A stretch of 64,000 nt of DNA from Lytechinus pictus. Its lineage: Eukaryota. The position numbers were made by a program, and so were the translations under genes. Position 1 is the stretch's first letter, and the number at the start of each line of letters is the position of its first letter. Location of the stretch: the NCBI RefSeq assembly GCF_037042905.1, contig NC_087246.1:49538001-49602000 (forward strand), read 5' to 3'. The notes under the pieces were generated by a model that saw nothing but the letters and a program-made list of their open reading frames with translations, made no database searches and was not told the origin of the DNA. Shown in pieces: positions 14,287-27,900 of the stretch.

Positions 14287-15234
14287 ATGGCAAGTGAAAA
14301 GAACTCGAGCAAACTTGATGGCAAAGACAAAGGGCAGTCTGTTTTAGAGTCTCATGGCTTTACAGTTCACGAGACCGTCGGTCATGGATCATATGCCGCC
14401 GTAAAGTGTGCATTTTCCAATAAACACAAGTGCAAAGTAGCGATCAAGGTGGTGTCCAAACGAAAAGCTCCTGAAGACTACCTCGTCAAATTCTTACCGC
14501 GAGAGATACAGGTTGTCAAGCTTTTGAAACATCCGAACTTGATATGCTTCCTGCAGTCTATCGAGACTACCAGTCGCGTCTATTTGATTATGGAGCTTGC
14601 GGATAATGGAGACTTGCTGGACTACATCAAGGCCAACGGTGCGTGCCCAGAGGAACAGACAGGAATGTGGTTTCACCAACTGGTTGAGGGCATGGAATAT
14701 TGTCACAACTTGGGCGTTGTCCATAGAGACCTGAAGTGCGAGAACCTGCTGCTCAACAAACACAATATGTTGAAGATCACGGATTTTGGTTTTGCCCGCA
14801 GCAAGATGAAGCCATCAGAACCAGGGAAAACCATTCTCAGTGAGACCTACTGTGGAAGTTACGCATACGCCCCTCCTGAGATCCTGAGAGGAATTCCTTA
14901 CTGTCCGATGTTGGGAGATATCTGGAGCATGGGTGTCATCCTGTACACCATGTTGTACGGACGGCTACCATACGACGACACCAACCACAAGGTTCTCCTG
15001 AATCAAGTGCAAAGATCTCCTGGATTCCCCAACAGCAAGGTCGTCCCGGGTGAATGCAAGGACCTCATCTGTAGAATCCTGTCCCCTGCAAAACGGCGGA
15101 TCAACATGGAAGAGATTCAACAAAACGCCTGGTATATCAAGGTCACACCAACCACTGGGAAACCTAAGAAATCAGTCATAACCAAGCAAACTGGGGAAGG
15201 TCAGAACACAGCTGCCCAAGATAAGAAAGACTAA
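14287..15234 (+). CDS. TSSK4: Testis-specific serine/threonine kinase, TSSK4-like, 315 aa, intronless
   Basis: Complete kinase domain: GHGSYA, VAIK, HRDLKCEN, DFG, SETYCGSYAYAPPE. TSSK signature KAPEDYLVKFLPREIQV and IETTSRVYLIMELA most resembles TSSK4. AATAAA near 15355 and 15406. Confidence 0.88.
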   Translation: MASEKNSSKLDGKDKGQSVLESHGFTVHETVGHGSYAAVKCAFSNKHKCKVAIKVVSKRKAPEDYLVKFLPREIQVVKLLKHPNLICFLQSIETTSRVYLIMELADNGDLLDYIKANGACPEEQTGMWFHQLVEGMEYCHNLGVVHRDLKCENLLLNKHNMLKITDFGFARSKMKPSEPGKTILSETYCGSYAYAPPEILRGIPYCPMLGDIWSMGVILYTMLYGRLPYDDTNHKVLLNQVQRSPGFPNSKVVPGECKDLICRILSPAKRRINMEEIQQNAWYIKVTPTTGKPKKSVITKQTGEGQNTAAQDKKD

Positions 15235-15785
15235 TACAGCAATAGCTAATATGTTGAGTGGTAAAGTTCCCCATACAAATCTCGAGCTACTAAGTCCGAT
15301 AACAATAATATGATTTGAAGAAAATTTAATCAAAATATGGGGATAAAAAAGAATAATAAATAACAGAGAAGAACTCAAAACCCATAGTAATTCACAATAC
15401 AAGGCAATAAAGGGAATGTTAAAGCAAGAAATCATTACCGTGTTTTATCTTTTTGTTTTATTGATAGCATATAAAAAATCTTGTTAGACTGATTTTATAT
15501 CAAAATCTATTTACATATATTTATGACACATGCAAACTACTTTCAATATTGTTGATTGAGCATTATCAAGTTCATATTTTCAATTAATTCTTATCTATCT
15601 GATTATCTGAACTTAAAGATCACATGCCAAATTATCTCCTTTAACTATATCCATGTAATTTGACTGAACATGTTTGAAAAGATGTGACGAGTTGGTTAGT
15701 TTCTCTCTTTTTAATACACTTAATATCACTCTTTCAATACATTGTGTATTATGCCGAACATTGGTGAGAATACACTATACTTTTA

Positions 15786-17593
15786 AGGACAAGTCCACTC
15801 CAACAAAAGTTTGATTAAATAAAAAGAGAAAAATCCAACAAGCATAAAACTCGGGGGCGGATCCAGCCTCCGCCAATAGGGGGGGCCCGAATTTTTTTTC
15901 ACCAATAATTTCCCCGAACGGCCGCTCAAAGTTGATTTTTGTTTGTTTCTTTGAAGGGGTTGTCCCAGTGGCGTAATGAGCCAAAAAATTTGAGGGGGCT
16001 CGAAATGGCGTATCGCGTAAAATTAATAAGAAGTTACGAGCGAGCGAAGCGAGCGAGCAAACATTTTGACATTTTTATTACAAAAATCCAAGTTCGTGAT
16101 AGATTTTAACATAATATTTGGAAAATGATATTATATTTCGCCCTTTTCCCTTTCCTTTTCTCTTTTTTTTTCGTGATCGTGAAATTTTTTCTTCTTTTAT
16201 TATTATTATTATTATTTTTTTTTTGGGGGGGGGGGGCGAAACGCCCATGTCCTAACAGTAATTTCTTAGCTTTATTCTTATAACAACATAAATGTGTAAT
16301 AATTTCATAAGCCCTATTAAAATAGTGTGAGCGCGAGTGCGAGCTAAACAATTTTGAAATTTCATGTATTTTGTCCTGAAAATTCAGTTGAACATTCTGG
16401 GCAATGTTTGTAAACCTGATGAAGATGCGTATGTAACTAGATAATTACTGCGAGCGCGAAGTGCGAGCAGAAATTTTATATAATGCGTTCTGGCCTTGTC
16501 GAAAAGGGACCTGTTAAGGACGATTTGCAGTTAGCCATTAAGTCGATACATATTTCAATGATTAAATTATGCGAGCGCGAAGCGCAAGCTGAAAATTTTT
16601 TGACGTACCGGCCTAAAAAAATTAACGTTCTATGCACTTTTTGTAATCATGAACGGTATAAGTATATAACCAAACAATTGATGCGAGCGCGAAGCGCGAG
16701 CGGATAAAAATGAGATTTCAAACCTTAAAACGGGACACTATCTTCATGTTTTGTAAATCATGAACAAAAAATGGGTATAACTTGGTATCTTCCTACATTA
16801 ATAATGCGAGCGCAAAGGGTGAGCATAGATTTTTTTGATATTCTGATCTGAAACTGTATATATAGGCTCATAATGATTGAAATAGAGAACAAGCTGCGTA
16901 TCTGAATAAACAAGCGTTCGCGTGTTTTAGATTTCGACCTCGAATCTGATACTGATCACTCGCCTTCCTCCTCTTATGTTTCCCCTTCTTTTTTCTCCTC
17001 TCCTTTCTCTTCTTTTTCTTTCTTTCTTTCCCCTTCTTTCTTTTTTCGCTCCGCCAATAGGGGGGGGGGGGCGGGCCCCTCCTGGATCCGCCTATGACAT
17101 TCGTCTGAAAATGTCATCAAAATCGGATGTAAAATAAGAAAGTTATAACATTTTAAAGTTTCGGTTAATTTCACAAAACAGTTATATGCACATCCTGGTC
17201 GGTACGCAAATGAAGAGACTGATGTCGTCATCCACTCACTTTTTCTTTTGTTATTTCATTATATGAAATATGAAATATTTTCTCCTCATTGTCAAGTTAA
17301 ACAAAGATCATTTCCTCCCTGAACATATAGAATTAGCATTGTTTTGATACTATATTGTATAATTCAAACAATAAAGAAACAAAAGAAATAGTGAGTGACG
17401 GACATCATCGACTGATTCATTTGCATGACACTGAATTGTGCATATCACTGTTTTGTGCAAAATAAGCGAAACTTTAAAATGCCATAACTTTCTTATTTTA
17501 CATCCACTTTGATGAAATTTTCAGCGTTATGCTAGCTAGCTAGTTTGATTTTTCTCTATTTATTCAAATCAACATTTTTACTGGGGTGGACCT
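15786..17593. mobile_element. Kolobok-like MITE interrupted by a ~1.25-kb GGCGGATCC-family element (about 15851-17097)
   Basis: aggacaagtccac ... ggggtggacct|ttaa. The host sequence resumes at ctgaaaatgtcatcaaaatcgg. The insert carries repeated gcgagcgcgaagcgcgag motifs. Confidence 0.7.
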
Positions 17594-19786
17594 TTAAGAA
17601 ATATATGGCATATCTAGCTCGAAAATGTAAAAACCAAGATTCTTGTGCTTACTGGTCTTCTTCATGGATATGTATGTACTAGTCAGAAACTATTGTTCAC
17701 TTATTCCCAGACAGCTTGCCCCCCCCCCCCCCCCATCAATCATTTACTGCAGAAGATATTGTCACAATCATTCATCATTTTATAAATCTAGAGGGCGCCA
17801 TACAATTTACAGAACTACCAAAGTTGTGTGCGATGAAGGCAAAATGGATATTTGGTAGATTTGGTAAAGCATAAGTGAGCAAAATTCGAGAGGAGTCATA
17901 GTACAAATGCGCCCTGGGTAACAAGGGGTACTGTACGCATCCAGCTAAGCAAATATTTAAATGTAAAAATACCCTCAGGAAAATGAACAATAATTATTTG
18001 CACATTTATCATTAATATTCTCTCTTCTTCAAATGGAGGAGGGTTGCCAAAAAAACCCAAGACGAGAAGGTGTTGCAGGAAACTTATGTCAAATTACAAC
18101 TGTGTAATACTTAATTAGATTTATTAAATTAATCAATTTCTACTTTCACTTACTAGCAAGCAAGCCTGTATCTAGTAGTGTGGCCATTTGTTGATGCATA
18201 TCAGCTAATTTTTTAATTTTTGTGGGTTTTAAACCCAGAGCAAAAAAATAAATAAATTCAGTGAATAAGGCAAATGTTCGTGATTTTAAGAAGTTTTAGT
18301 ACCATATATAAAGTTTGAAGCTATTTCTCAAGAAAATTATCATTATATTTCAAAGATAATACGTTTTATTATAAAAAAAAAGGTTCAATAAAAATTGTTA
18401 ACTTTTCATTTTTCAACATTTTGTGATTCAATTAGGTGATTTTTTTTACAAGGCTTTTAGTGATATTGCTCAGCTAAAACCCGACAAAAGTCAACACTGA
18501 CCATGTACCAGCAAATAATTGTGCAAGACGTTGGTTTGATTTAAAGATCTATTATTTGATTGCAATTACTGACAAATTTCTTGCAATGTCCCCAAAGATA
18601 TACTAAAAACCTTTGTAAGGAAGTAGTATATGAAATATGATAATAATATTTGATTACAAACAAAAACTATACACTGCAATTTTAAGATTAATTGTATTTA
18701 TTTATTTCAAACAAATGCACGAATATGATAAAAATTAACTATACTTTCAGATATAAGTTCTTCAGAATATAAATCTCATTTGAAAAATAACTGATCCTAG
18801 AGGCTCAGGGAAATTAAGTGAATGATAAAACGAATGTGATTTGTATTTGTATCCCAATGATTCGTATACACTCTCATGTTAATCAAGAATCCATCATTTC
18901 ATTATAACAAAATGTTTATTCACTTACACTGTACTGCATAATTCTACATTTTAAGATTAGTTTTAGTGTCTAATTTTTAGGTGAACTGAGACATATCAAG
19001 AAGAAATCAAATGTTTCTGTAACAAAACATATACAAGGTCCAAATATCTGAAAGTCATTTATGATAAAAAAAACCCCCTCATATATGAATAATATCAATG
19101 AAATATGATATACATATCAATATAATTGGTACTCGAATAACAAAATTTCTTATTCATACATAATCACTATTAAATCTATTTACATGCTAGAGTTATCACA
19201 AATTTCTGTCACCTTAACAGAACATTGAAAGAAAAATTACAGGATATGTATACTTCATAGAAGGTTAGGGTTAGAAGTATATTAAATGCATTTTTTTTTG
19301 TTGATAAATTTGTGACCGACAACACTTTATTTCAGAAACAAGGTCTGATTTGTTTTTCTTTCAGTCTTTTAATTCTCCATCCTACCATGGATATGTCCAT
19401 ACAAAATTGCCTTATCTTACTACTACACCGATAATAATACGAAACACAATCATAAATACGTCTTTAAAAAGATATGGGCCAAATCTTTCAAACATGAAAA
19501 GAGAAATGTGGAAATTAATTGTTGGACCGGTGCTTTCAATTTTCAAAGTAAAAAATATCAAAGGAGCTACTCTCGAACATAAAAATTAGAGTAGGCCTAT
19601 ATGCAGCATCTAAGCCAAACCAATTCATCAAAGATTTAAGGAACCTTTCAATGAAATGTCAGGCAAATGAAGTGTTTTAAAAGTTGAAACCGGCGATAAC
19701 AACAAACTGTCTAGTTTAGGATTGTAATAGTCTGAATCAAAACTGATAAACCCTCTTAAGCATTGAGCTGAAGCAGCTACCTATAT

Positions 19787-20171
19787 CAGGGATCCCAGCC
19801 CATCAGGGAAATCAGGAAGAATTATATAACTTTTTTCCAGTCAGGGAAAAATCAGGGAATTTGATAAAAAAAATCCTCAAAGGGAAAAAATCGGGGAATT
19901 TTGATCAGCCCAAAAGTCGAAAGCGCATGGTAGTCAGTCAAACTCTGTTATATTTTGTTGCATATCAAAACAACATCCATTGAATGACTGGTTATGGTGG
20001 TAATAATTACTTTTACATTATTGTTTTTATACCGAAAATACGTGTAATTCACTGCAACAACCTAGAAAACATGCGAAACTGGGATTGGGTTTAAATAATT
20101 ATCAGGGAATTTTAAAACTTCATCAGGGAAAAATCAGGGAATTTTGGTTTCTTGAAAAGCTGGGAACCCTG
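19787..20171. mobile_element. hAT-like MITE (CAGGG...CCCTG) with repeated atcaggga motifs
   Basis: cagggatcccagc ... gctgggaaccctg. Flanks acctat on both sides (partial TSD). Confidence 0.6.
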
Positions 20172-21246
20172 ACCTATGCTGACCAAAAATCTACAATTAT
20201 CATAACAAAGTAAGGTTCTTATTTACACATTTATTAATAATACCTACATATAGGTGAAGTATATAAATATCACATGATCTGTTGACTATACACATATTTA
20301 CGATTCAGAGAAAAAATAGTAAAGCAACGGGAAGACAGAATGTAACAGTTGAAGAATAGAATAGATTATGTTGGAGTGAGAAAGAAAGAGTAGGGGACAG
20401 TTTCACAAACATGGCAAAGTTATGCACAATCTTGCAAATGACTGGTAAATGGCAAGGCACACAGGCCAAATGAAAGTTGAGATTAAGCAAAGTGATAAGG
20501 GATAGATCCAGAGATTAAACTAATACATGAGGATAAAAAGGAAGATTGAGGGGTGGATGCAAGATCAATCAGTTATGGAATGCTACAATTACCAAACAAC
20601 CAGAATAAGTGGAAAAACTTGAATTGCAATCTCCTTAGAAGCTTTCTTCAACCATTGTTGTCCAGGTGCGGATTGGGAATCAGATGATACACATTACCCC
20701 CTCTGTATTCCCAAAGTAGCATTTTCACGCCCCTCATATAGAGAACTATCTTCCCTTATTCGAAGTCATAACTCCTTTCCTCTTTTAATTTAATATGTCA
20801 CATTTTCTGTTTGAGTAATTTTGACATTTGGGAATTAAGAACTACTCTTTTACACTTGTCAGAAAATTCTACACATATTGGCCTGTATTCTGAAGTCTGG
20901 TTTAACTTAGTCCATGGTCTAACTCTGGGCAAAAATTATGGAAAGCCAAAAACTGTACAAAAAATGTATTGACGCTACATAAATTCACTATGCTATTTCA
21001 CTGTACATAAAAGATGAAGAAAACTGTTTTTACCTACCATTTACAGGCATGTATTAATTATTGTGAGTGTGTTAAATGAGCTGTTAAATTGAACCTGTGC
21101 TGTTAGAGATTTGTTTCACAATTGGCTGTCCATAGTTACATCACAACTTAAGACCAGAGTTTAAATTAAACCCGACTTCACGGTACGCGCCATAATTGAC
21201 CCACTTTCTGTTCCCTCTAAGGAATCCTGGATCCACTCCTCCAATT

Positions 21247-21617
21247 CGGTGGATTGTTAATATGGTGCGCCATCTATCGGTTGCAGCGGACAGGCCAATT
21301 TCTAACTTTGGGGTCGCGCAGGCACAGGCAGCGCACAGTGCCATGTGACTGTGATGCTTCAAAAATGAAAACCATATGGCAAAAGCGGAGGAAGAATTCA
21401 TCGAAAACGGTCAAGATTTCGCCAAAAAATCTGCGGAAAATTTCTCTCCCACCCTGGTAAACAGCATAATTTTATGCAAACCGGCCGAACCGCATCAGCC
21501 AGTGCAGCATACTGCATGCATGCGCCAACCAGATGTTGACATTTTCCCATAAGGCATAGCAAATTTCGGCCTGTCAGCAGCAAATAATAGATGGCGCACC
21601 CTATTGTGAATCCACCG
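21247..21617. mobile_element. MITE in the CHMP1A 3' region
   Basis: TIRs cggtggattgttaatatggtgcgccatcta / tagatggcgcaccctattgtgaatccaccg. Confidence 0.7.
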
Positions 21618-21692
21618 TATTGACCTTGGTGCAAATTCATAAAAATGGCAATTACAATGCACTGATGACCATACAGAAAAGAAAGAGACTGC

Positions 21693-21920
21693 TTAGTTTC
21701 TTAACGCTTGCAATCTCCTGGTCAGACTGTCCTCCTCCGCCATGGTCCTTGATGAGGATGCGGTCGACGCTGCAAGGGGATCGTTCCCGGCCAAGGGGGC
21801 GGCGTTCAAGTCGGAGATCATCTCCAGCCCGTTCTCCTCGGCGACCTGGTGGATGAGTTGATCTACCTGGTCCTGGGGCGTGGTCAGGGTGGTAGCCGCG
21901 CCCATCGACCCCTCCATCAC
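21693..21920 (-). CDS. CHMP1A: CHMP1A exon 7 (last coding exon)
   Basis: ccag|GTGATGGAG; [33 protein letters not shown]...[10 protein letters not shown]. Confidence 0.95.
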   Translation of the reverse strand: MMEGSMGAATTLTTPQDQVDQLIHQVAEENGLEMISDLNAAPLAGNDPLAASTASSSRTMAEEDSLTRRLQALRN

Positions 21921-24900
21921 CTGGACCAAGGAAGAAGAGGGAGGGGGTGAGGATTAAAGACCGTCTTGGGGTATTAATTGTTCAAAGGGTGTTCCTCTTC
22001 AAGTTATATGACCAAGAGATATGATTTTTTTTGCATCACATGGTTAAGTCATTGTCTCGCTATACAGCAGGTTAATGCATGATCCCGAAAGATGCAACTA
22101 TATACGGATATACAGGTATATTAAATGAATTTTCAATCCTGGGAGCCGTTTCATAAAGCTGTTCGTAAGTTAACCCTATCTTAACTGGGCTATTTCAGAC
22201 CAGTATATACTGGGGGGGGGGTCAATTTGACCCCCCTCAGATCTCGGCTGCTGATCGCGCGATCGCCACAAAAATGTGCACGCGCGTAGAGCCGGATGTA
22301 AACTACAAGAAGACTGTATGGTTAAATTTCAAAAAATCAATTGTTTATATTTTTCAATTAATGAATTATGCAAATAAGCGTATGAAATTTGCCCTAAATT
22401 TGGTTTTTGTGTATGTTTTTGCCTTTAACTCAATTTATATAGCTAGTAGATTGCTAATTTTTGGTGGGAGTATCAATTATTACATTTCTAACAAATATCT
22501 GGAAAAAATTGCAAAAATATAATTAATTTCTTATGTATTCTATTGTTTTTTTCCAATGAACTTTGTCAGGGACCCTTTTGCGATCATAAATAGCATAAAA
22601 TAAAAATTATGATTTTTGGTTGAAAAACACAATTTGCATTTACTTTGTACACAGAATCACGTTTTTGAGCAATTTTGGGTCTGACATGTACTTACAAAAT
22701 GTTGCGCAATTTCAGAACCGCGTACCTGGGCGTCGCAAATTTGGTCTCAAAAGATGCGCAAGACTTGAAAGTAAAAAGTCAGCGAGCGGCACGGTAATCC
22801 CAGTTTAATAAGGGTTAAGAGTGACTTTGAGAACGACTGGTGATCCTTCTTGTGGTAAATGGTATAGACCAAAATGTTCATTGGTTAAGTGCGTAAGAAA
22901 AGTTCATCAGTCGTTCTTAAGTCGCTCTTAACTTACAAAGAGCTTTATGAAACGCCCACCTGATGTCAATTTCTGGTGTCTGCGATTGTAAAGTACATCC
23001 CATGAAATCACAAGAAGGACTGACTTTAATGGTCAATTTCATTTGAAATTCACAACCAATACACAATGGAAGGACAAATGAAAAAAGGGTGTAGAGCTTT
23101 CAATCAGGCTGCTCAGTGCTGGAATATCCAGATTACATTGTAAAAATATCAAAGTTATCAAAAAATGAATGAGGAAAATTCAAGCTATTGATATATGATG
23201 GAAGGTGAACTAGGGGGAAAGAGGGAGTCAAGATCAATATATAATTAGAATATGTCCATTTATATAGTGCAGTTACTATATGCATATACTCTACTGAGCT
23301 TGACACTTGGTATAATATTCAGGGAATAATTTTGCTTTACAAATTTGAATAGCATTTTTGGTCATCAGAGAATAGCTCTCAACTAAGTAATGTACAGTCC
23401 TAGGTAAAAATATGCTATATAAAAGACTTAATGCATAGCAGTCTTTCAAAAAACGTGGAGCAAATTACGATTCAATACCAGGAAAATTATTCCCTGATAT
23501 TATTACCCCAGCTGCAGCTGAGCCGCCATATAGGCACTAAAGCATTCAAGGAATAATCCTACCTAGATCTTCATAATGCCCCTCAAGTTTTTCCATGATA
23601 GCCGAAATATATGTAACAAAAGAGACCATCTTCCCATCTATCAGATATATCACGAAATATGACACTATACACAAAATTTATGGACTTGTACAGATCTTCC
23701 TGGCAGGATCTTTGGAACAAAATAGAACTGATGCATAACAAAAAATACAAATTATGTAATTATATGCGGATAAATGAGACTTGCCCATTTCAAAATGTAT
23801 AACTACTGAAGATAAATGAGTTGGACTTAAGATTCTTACCTGAGTGTGTACGTCTAGATCTTCAAATTGCCCCTCAAATTTCTCCATGACAGCAGAAATC
23901 TGTCCAAGAATAGCACCATTAAAAAGAGTAATTAAATAGACAGCAACAAATGCTAGCAAATGCTTGGCCTAGCCCAATATCAATTTGAGTAAAAATGCAC
24001 ACGTGTTTAGAATCTATCATTTGCCTTAAATGTTGAGGAATATATGTCTGACCTTTGACCTCTGAACTACATGTGATAAAATGAAAATCCTATTAGATCG
24101 CAATATATGGGAATGGAGTACAAAGCTAATCTGGAAAAAAAATCCTTATCTGGAAACAAATTTCAGTGTGCTCAGAAACCTCTCTGACCTTGAACTTTAA
24201 TTCTACAATCCTGAAACCTTAACAGCTTAATCCCCCCCCCCCAAAAAAAAAAACAATGAAGTGTCAGGTAAGTCAGTCCATCAGGTCTATACGTTGTGTT
24301 CACAAGTTACATCATCATTGCCAAATTGACCTTTGTTCTTGAACTCTAACCTAATGACCACAGATTCTAAGCAGAAAACAGGCCACCAAGAATGGACCTA
24401 GCTTAACAGTTAAATACAAGTCCATCCATTAGTTCCTGGGTAGGTTAGTATAAACCTGTCACCCAAACCCTTAAAATAGCTGTAAAGAAAAATTATGCAA
24501 CACTGTGAAGTAAAACTAACACATGACATTTGACCTCATGGCCCTTTAGGGTTAAGACAAAGAAATATATCTGTATTATGCAATATCTTAAAACTGACCA
24601 TTGTCCTTTGACCTCATGACCCTTCACGGTCGAGGCATGAAAGTATAATTGTAAAAGAATATACACCATGCAATATTTACCTTCTGTAGATCCATTGATT
24701 GAAGAGCTTTATCTAGACCTTTAACAACTTGGCCCATGTTCTTGGTTATCTGTAAAACAGAACGATACACCCAAACTCTTTGTTATCATCAAATGTAAGT
24801 AATGAATTTCCATTAATGCCTAAAACCCACCTTCATTCATTACTTAGTTATTTTGATATCTGTCAATACATATTAGTGTCACTAGATTTATGCCTCACTA

Positions 24901-27900
24901 TATGAAACCATGATGACTCAACCAACAATTGTGAGAAACCATTGTAACATGTAAATAAAGATCACTCCTCATCTGTACCTCAACCAAGTCAGACGTGTAT
25001 TTTAGCATCCTTGTTTTTTCGTAGTAGAGACATCACAGTTATATCATATTTCCTTTCTTTACAGACAGCGATTTTCTTGTATGGTTGTGATAAGTCTAGA
25101 TTCTATTCATTGGTTTACTTGTTATTCTCTCTCCTCTCTTCATTCTCGGAGGATGTTTCTAATTCGGGTGTCGAGGTCTCAAGTGTTATTTGCTCACTTG
25201 ATTGTGGGGAAAAAGACACAAAACAGTCCCATCGAACGAAGACGTTGTGATGTGCGCTACTTTATTGTGATCATCGCTTACTACACCCAACATTGTCATC
25301 ATTTTCATCATCATCTTCAACTTCACCAATATTACTGTTATATGATCACAGATAACATTATCGTTATCATCACCTCCCCCCCTCCAATCTTCCTATCGTA
25401 CAGACATACCGCCCAGTTCAACCATTTCCCTACTCTAATCAATCAGTGTTTACTAACTTACTTAATTACTTACTTACTTACCTATTTACTTACTTACTCA
25501 CTTAATTTACTTACTTATTTACTTACTTACTCACTTACTTTACTTACTTACTTAACTTACTTATTTTCTAACTTATTTATTTATTTTGATCTCACCTGTT
25601 TCATTGCCATGGCTGACTGTACCCTTGACGATACTGCATCCACCCTGGATGCCATTCTGAGATAGTTAAGGCCCTCATTCTTCTTTCTGATGGCATTCTC
25701 TGCATAGATTCTGGCTCCTTCTACGTTCTTCTGTTCAAGGGCCTATGCACAGAGAGATTAAAAGAGTAAATGTTATGTTAAACATAGTGCAATTTCTTTC
25801 TTTTTTACATAGGACGCTAAGGGCAAAGGCCTGTAAAAGGGCTCACAGTCACAAATACTTGTCCATTAAATAAGCATTGTGGCATGCACCTGTAATCCAG
25901 CTAAATGCAAAATCTATTAAAAGGGTGCTCCTGGCTGAAAAAAGAAATATTTTGAACAGATAAAGACAAATCACACAAGTAAAACACTAATAATTTGATC
26001 AAATCAAACAAAGAAATAACAAAGTTGTAAAATTTAAAGATTTGCACTTTTGCAGTATTTTGGTAAAACAGTTCTATGCATGTGTTCATGAATATTCAAT
26101 GAGCAAAATGATGATGTCATATCCCCACTTTTTCTAACACATTTTATTATATGAAATCATGTATATGTATGTATATTCATTGCTGCAACTTATCAGAATG
26201 GAAACATATGAAAATATGAAATAATCATGAGTTTATGTAATAACATAAGAAAATGGAAAGTGGGAATGACATCATCAGCCAAACTAATGAATATTCATGA
26301 CACGCATATAATTGTTTTCACAAAACATTGCTAAACTTCAAAACTCAATAACTTTGTTATTTGTTATCAAATTCTGATGAAATTTCCAACATTTTGCTCA
26401 GTGAACATTACTCATTTATTTAGATATAATTCATTTTCATCTCAGAGTTCCCCTCAAACTGATTCAGAGATCTATCTGTGGATTGAGCTGAGAAATGGAG
26501 AACATTTCATCAACATATTTTTTTCTGACAAGTTGCTAGATATGACAACTTTCAATGGTTTTGATTGGCTGAGAAGCATAGGTGGCTGACTGACAATGGT
26601 TAGTATCGGATAAAACAACCCTCATTAGGTTTTCAATGATTCCATAGAAGGTGTGGGAGAAAAAGAAATTAATCAATTATTGAAACCTAATGAAAATTGT
26701 AAATTAAACATCTAGATATTTTTATTTGCACAATTACTGATTTCTTCTTTTAAACCATAAAGATCCTTTTTTTCTAAACTGAAAATGGGACCATCTTGGC
26801 AAGACAGGAGTTATCTATGAAGAAAAGATTTATACTTACTTTTTTAACTTTTGCCTGTTGAACTTTTTGTTCCTTTTCTGCCTTCTTAGCATACCTCTCA
26901 AGTTGTTTTGTAGAAAACTGTAAATGAACCAAAATGGGATATGTCAACACTTTAACGTCTGGATTCTTTTAGGAAACCTGTTTGATATTTCTTGTTGTAT
27001 CAACAAATTGTTATATTAATCATAAATTGGTTTTGTTTGGAGGTGCAGCAGTGGTCACACAGATGAAGATATTGGGTTTTTTCTAGAGTTTATTTTATTT
27101 GCAGAGATGAATTCCCCACGAGGATTTCAGCTTTACAATTACTTGCAATAAAATCCTGCCTTCAAGCCTTCAAAAAGCTTGATATCTTCCAAAGAAAAAT
27201 TCAAATTTTCCAAAAGAATCAACACATGAGAGAAAAAAAGATCTCTTATGTTAGACAATAGTTCACTTCTTGTAACTTTCATTATTGAGCCTTTTAAAAC
27301 TTTAAGACACACTTTATCTTTAAGATCACTTCTGAAATTTACAAGTATGATATGAACTTTAAATGTAATACATTGAATTCTTAGTAAAATCTAATGGTTA
27401 TGGAAGTTTTACAAATAATTTGAAATATATTTTATTTATTATTAATTTAACAAATATATAAACAAAATATTGATACTTTAAAAAATTCATCTTTTGAAAA
27501 AAAACTTGAAGAAAAAAGGTAATTGATAAGCAGAAGTAGACCTGAACATATGGTGATGAGATTGAGAGCAAGTTACAAAAGTTGACAAAACACAAGAATT
27601 TAAACTTTGTCCATTGACACAAACACAATTCTATAATCATGATTTATTTGTCATTCAGGAGGCAATTACCATTACCAGCATATGCAATTTTGGTTTATAC
27701 ATGCAAGTGAATAGAACAAAATCATAATCTACACTACAGTACACTGGATGTGCAAGGTTAGTATATTTTGCAATAAGTGTTAATGACTGTGAGAATTGGC
27801 CTGTCAACTTGAGAGACAATATCTAAAGATTCTGATTTTAATCTATTGATTGTTGGAACATATAAACATAGAGTAAACATCTACGTCAGGACTATTTCTT

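Noticed and set aside
25081-25665. 194-aa plus-strand ORF
   Set aside because: It runs through the (TTAC)n tract and antisense to CHMP1A exon 4, with no recognisable domain.
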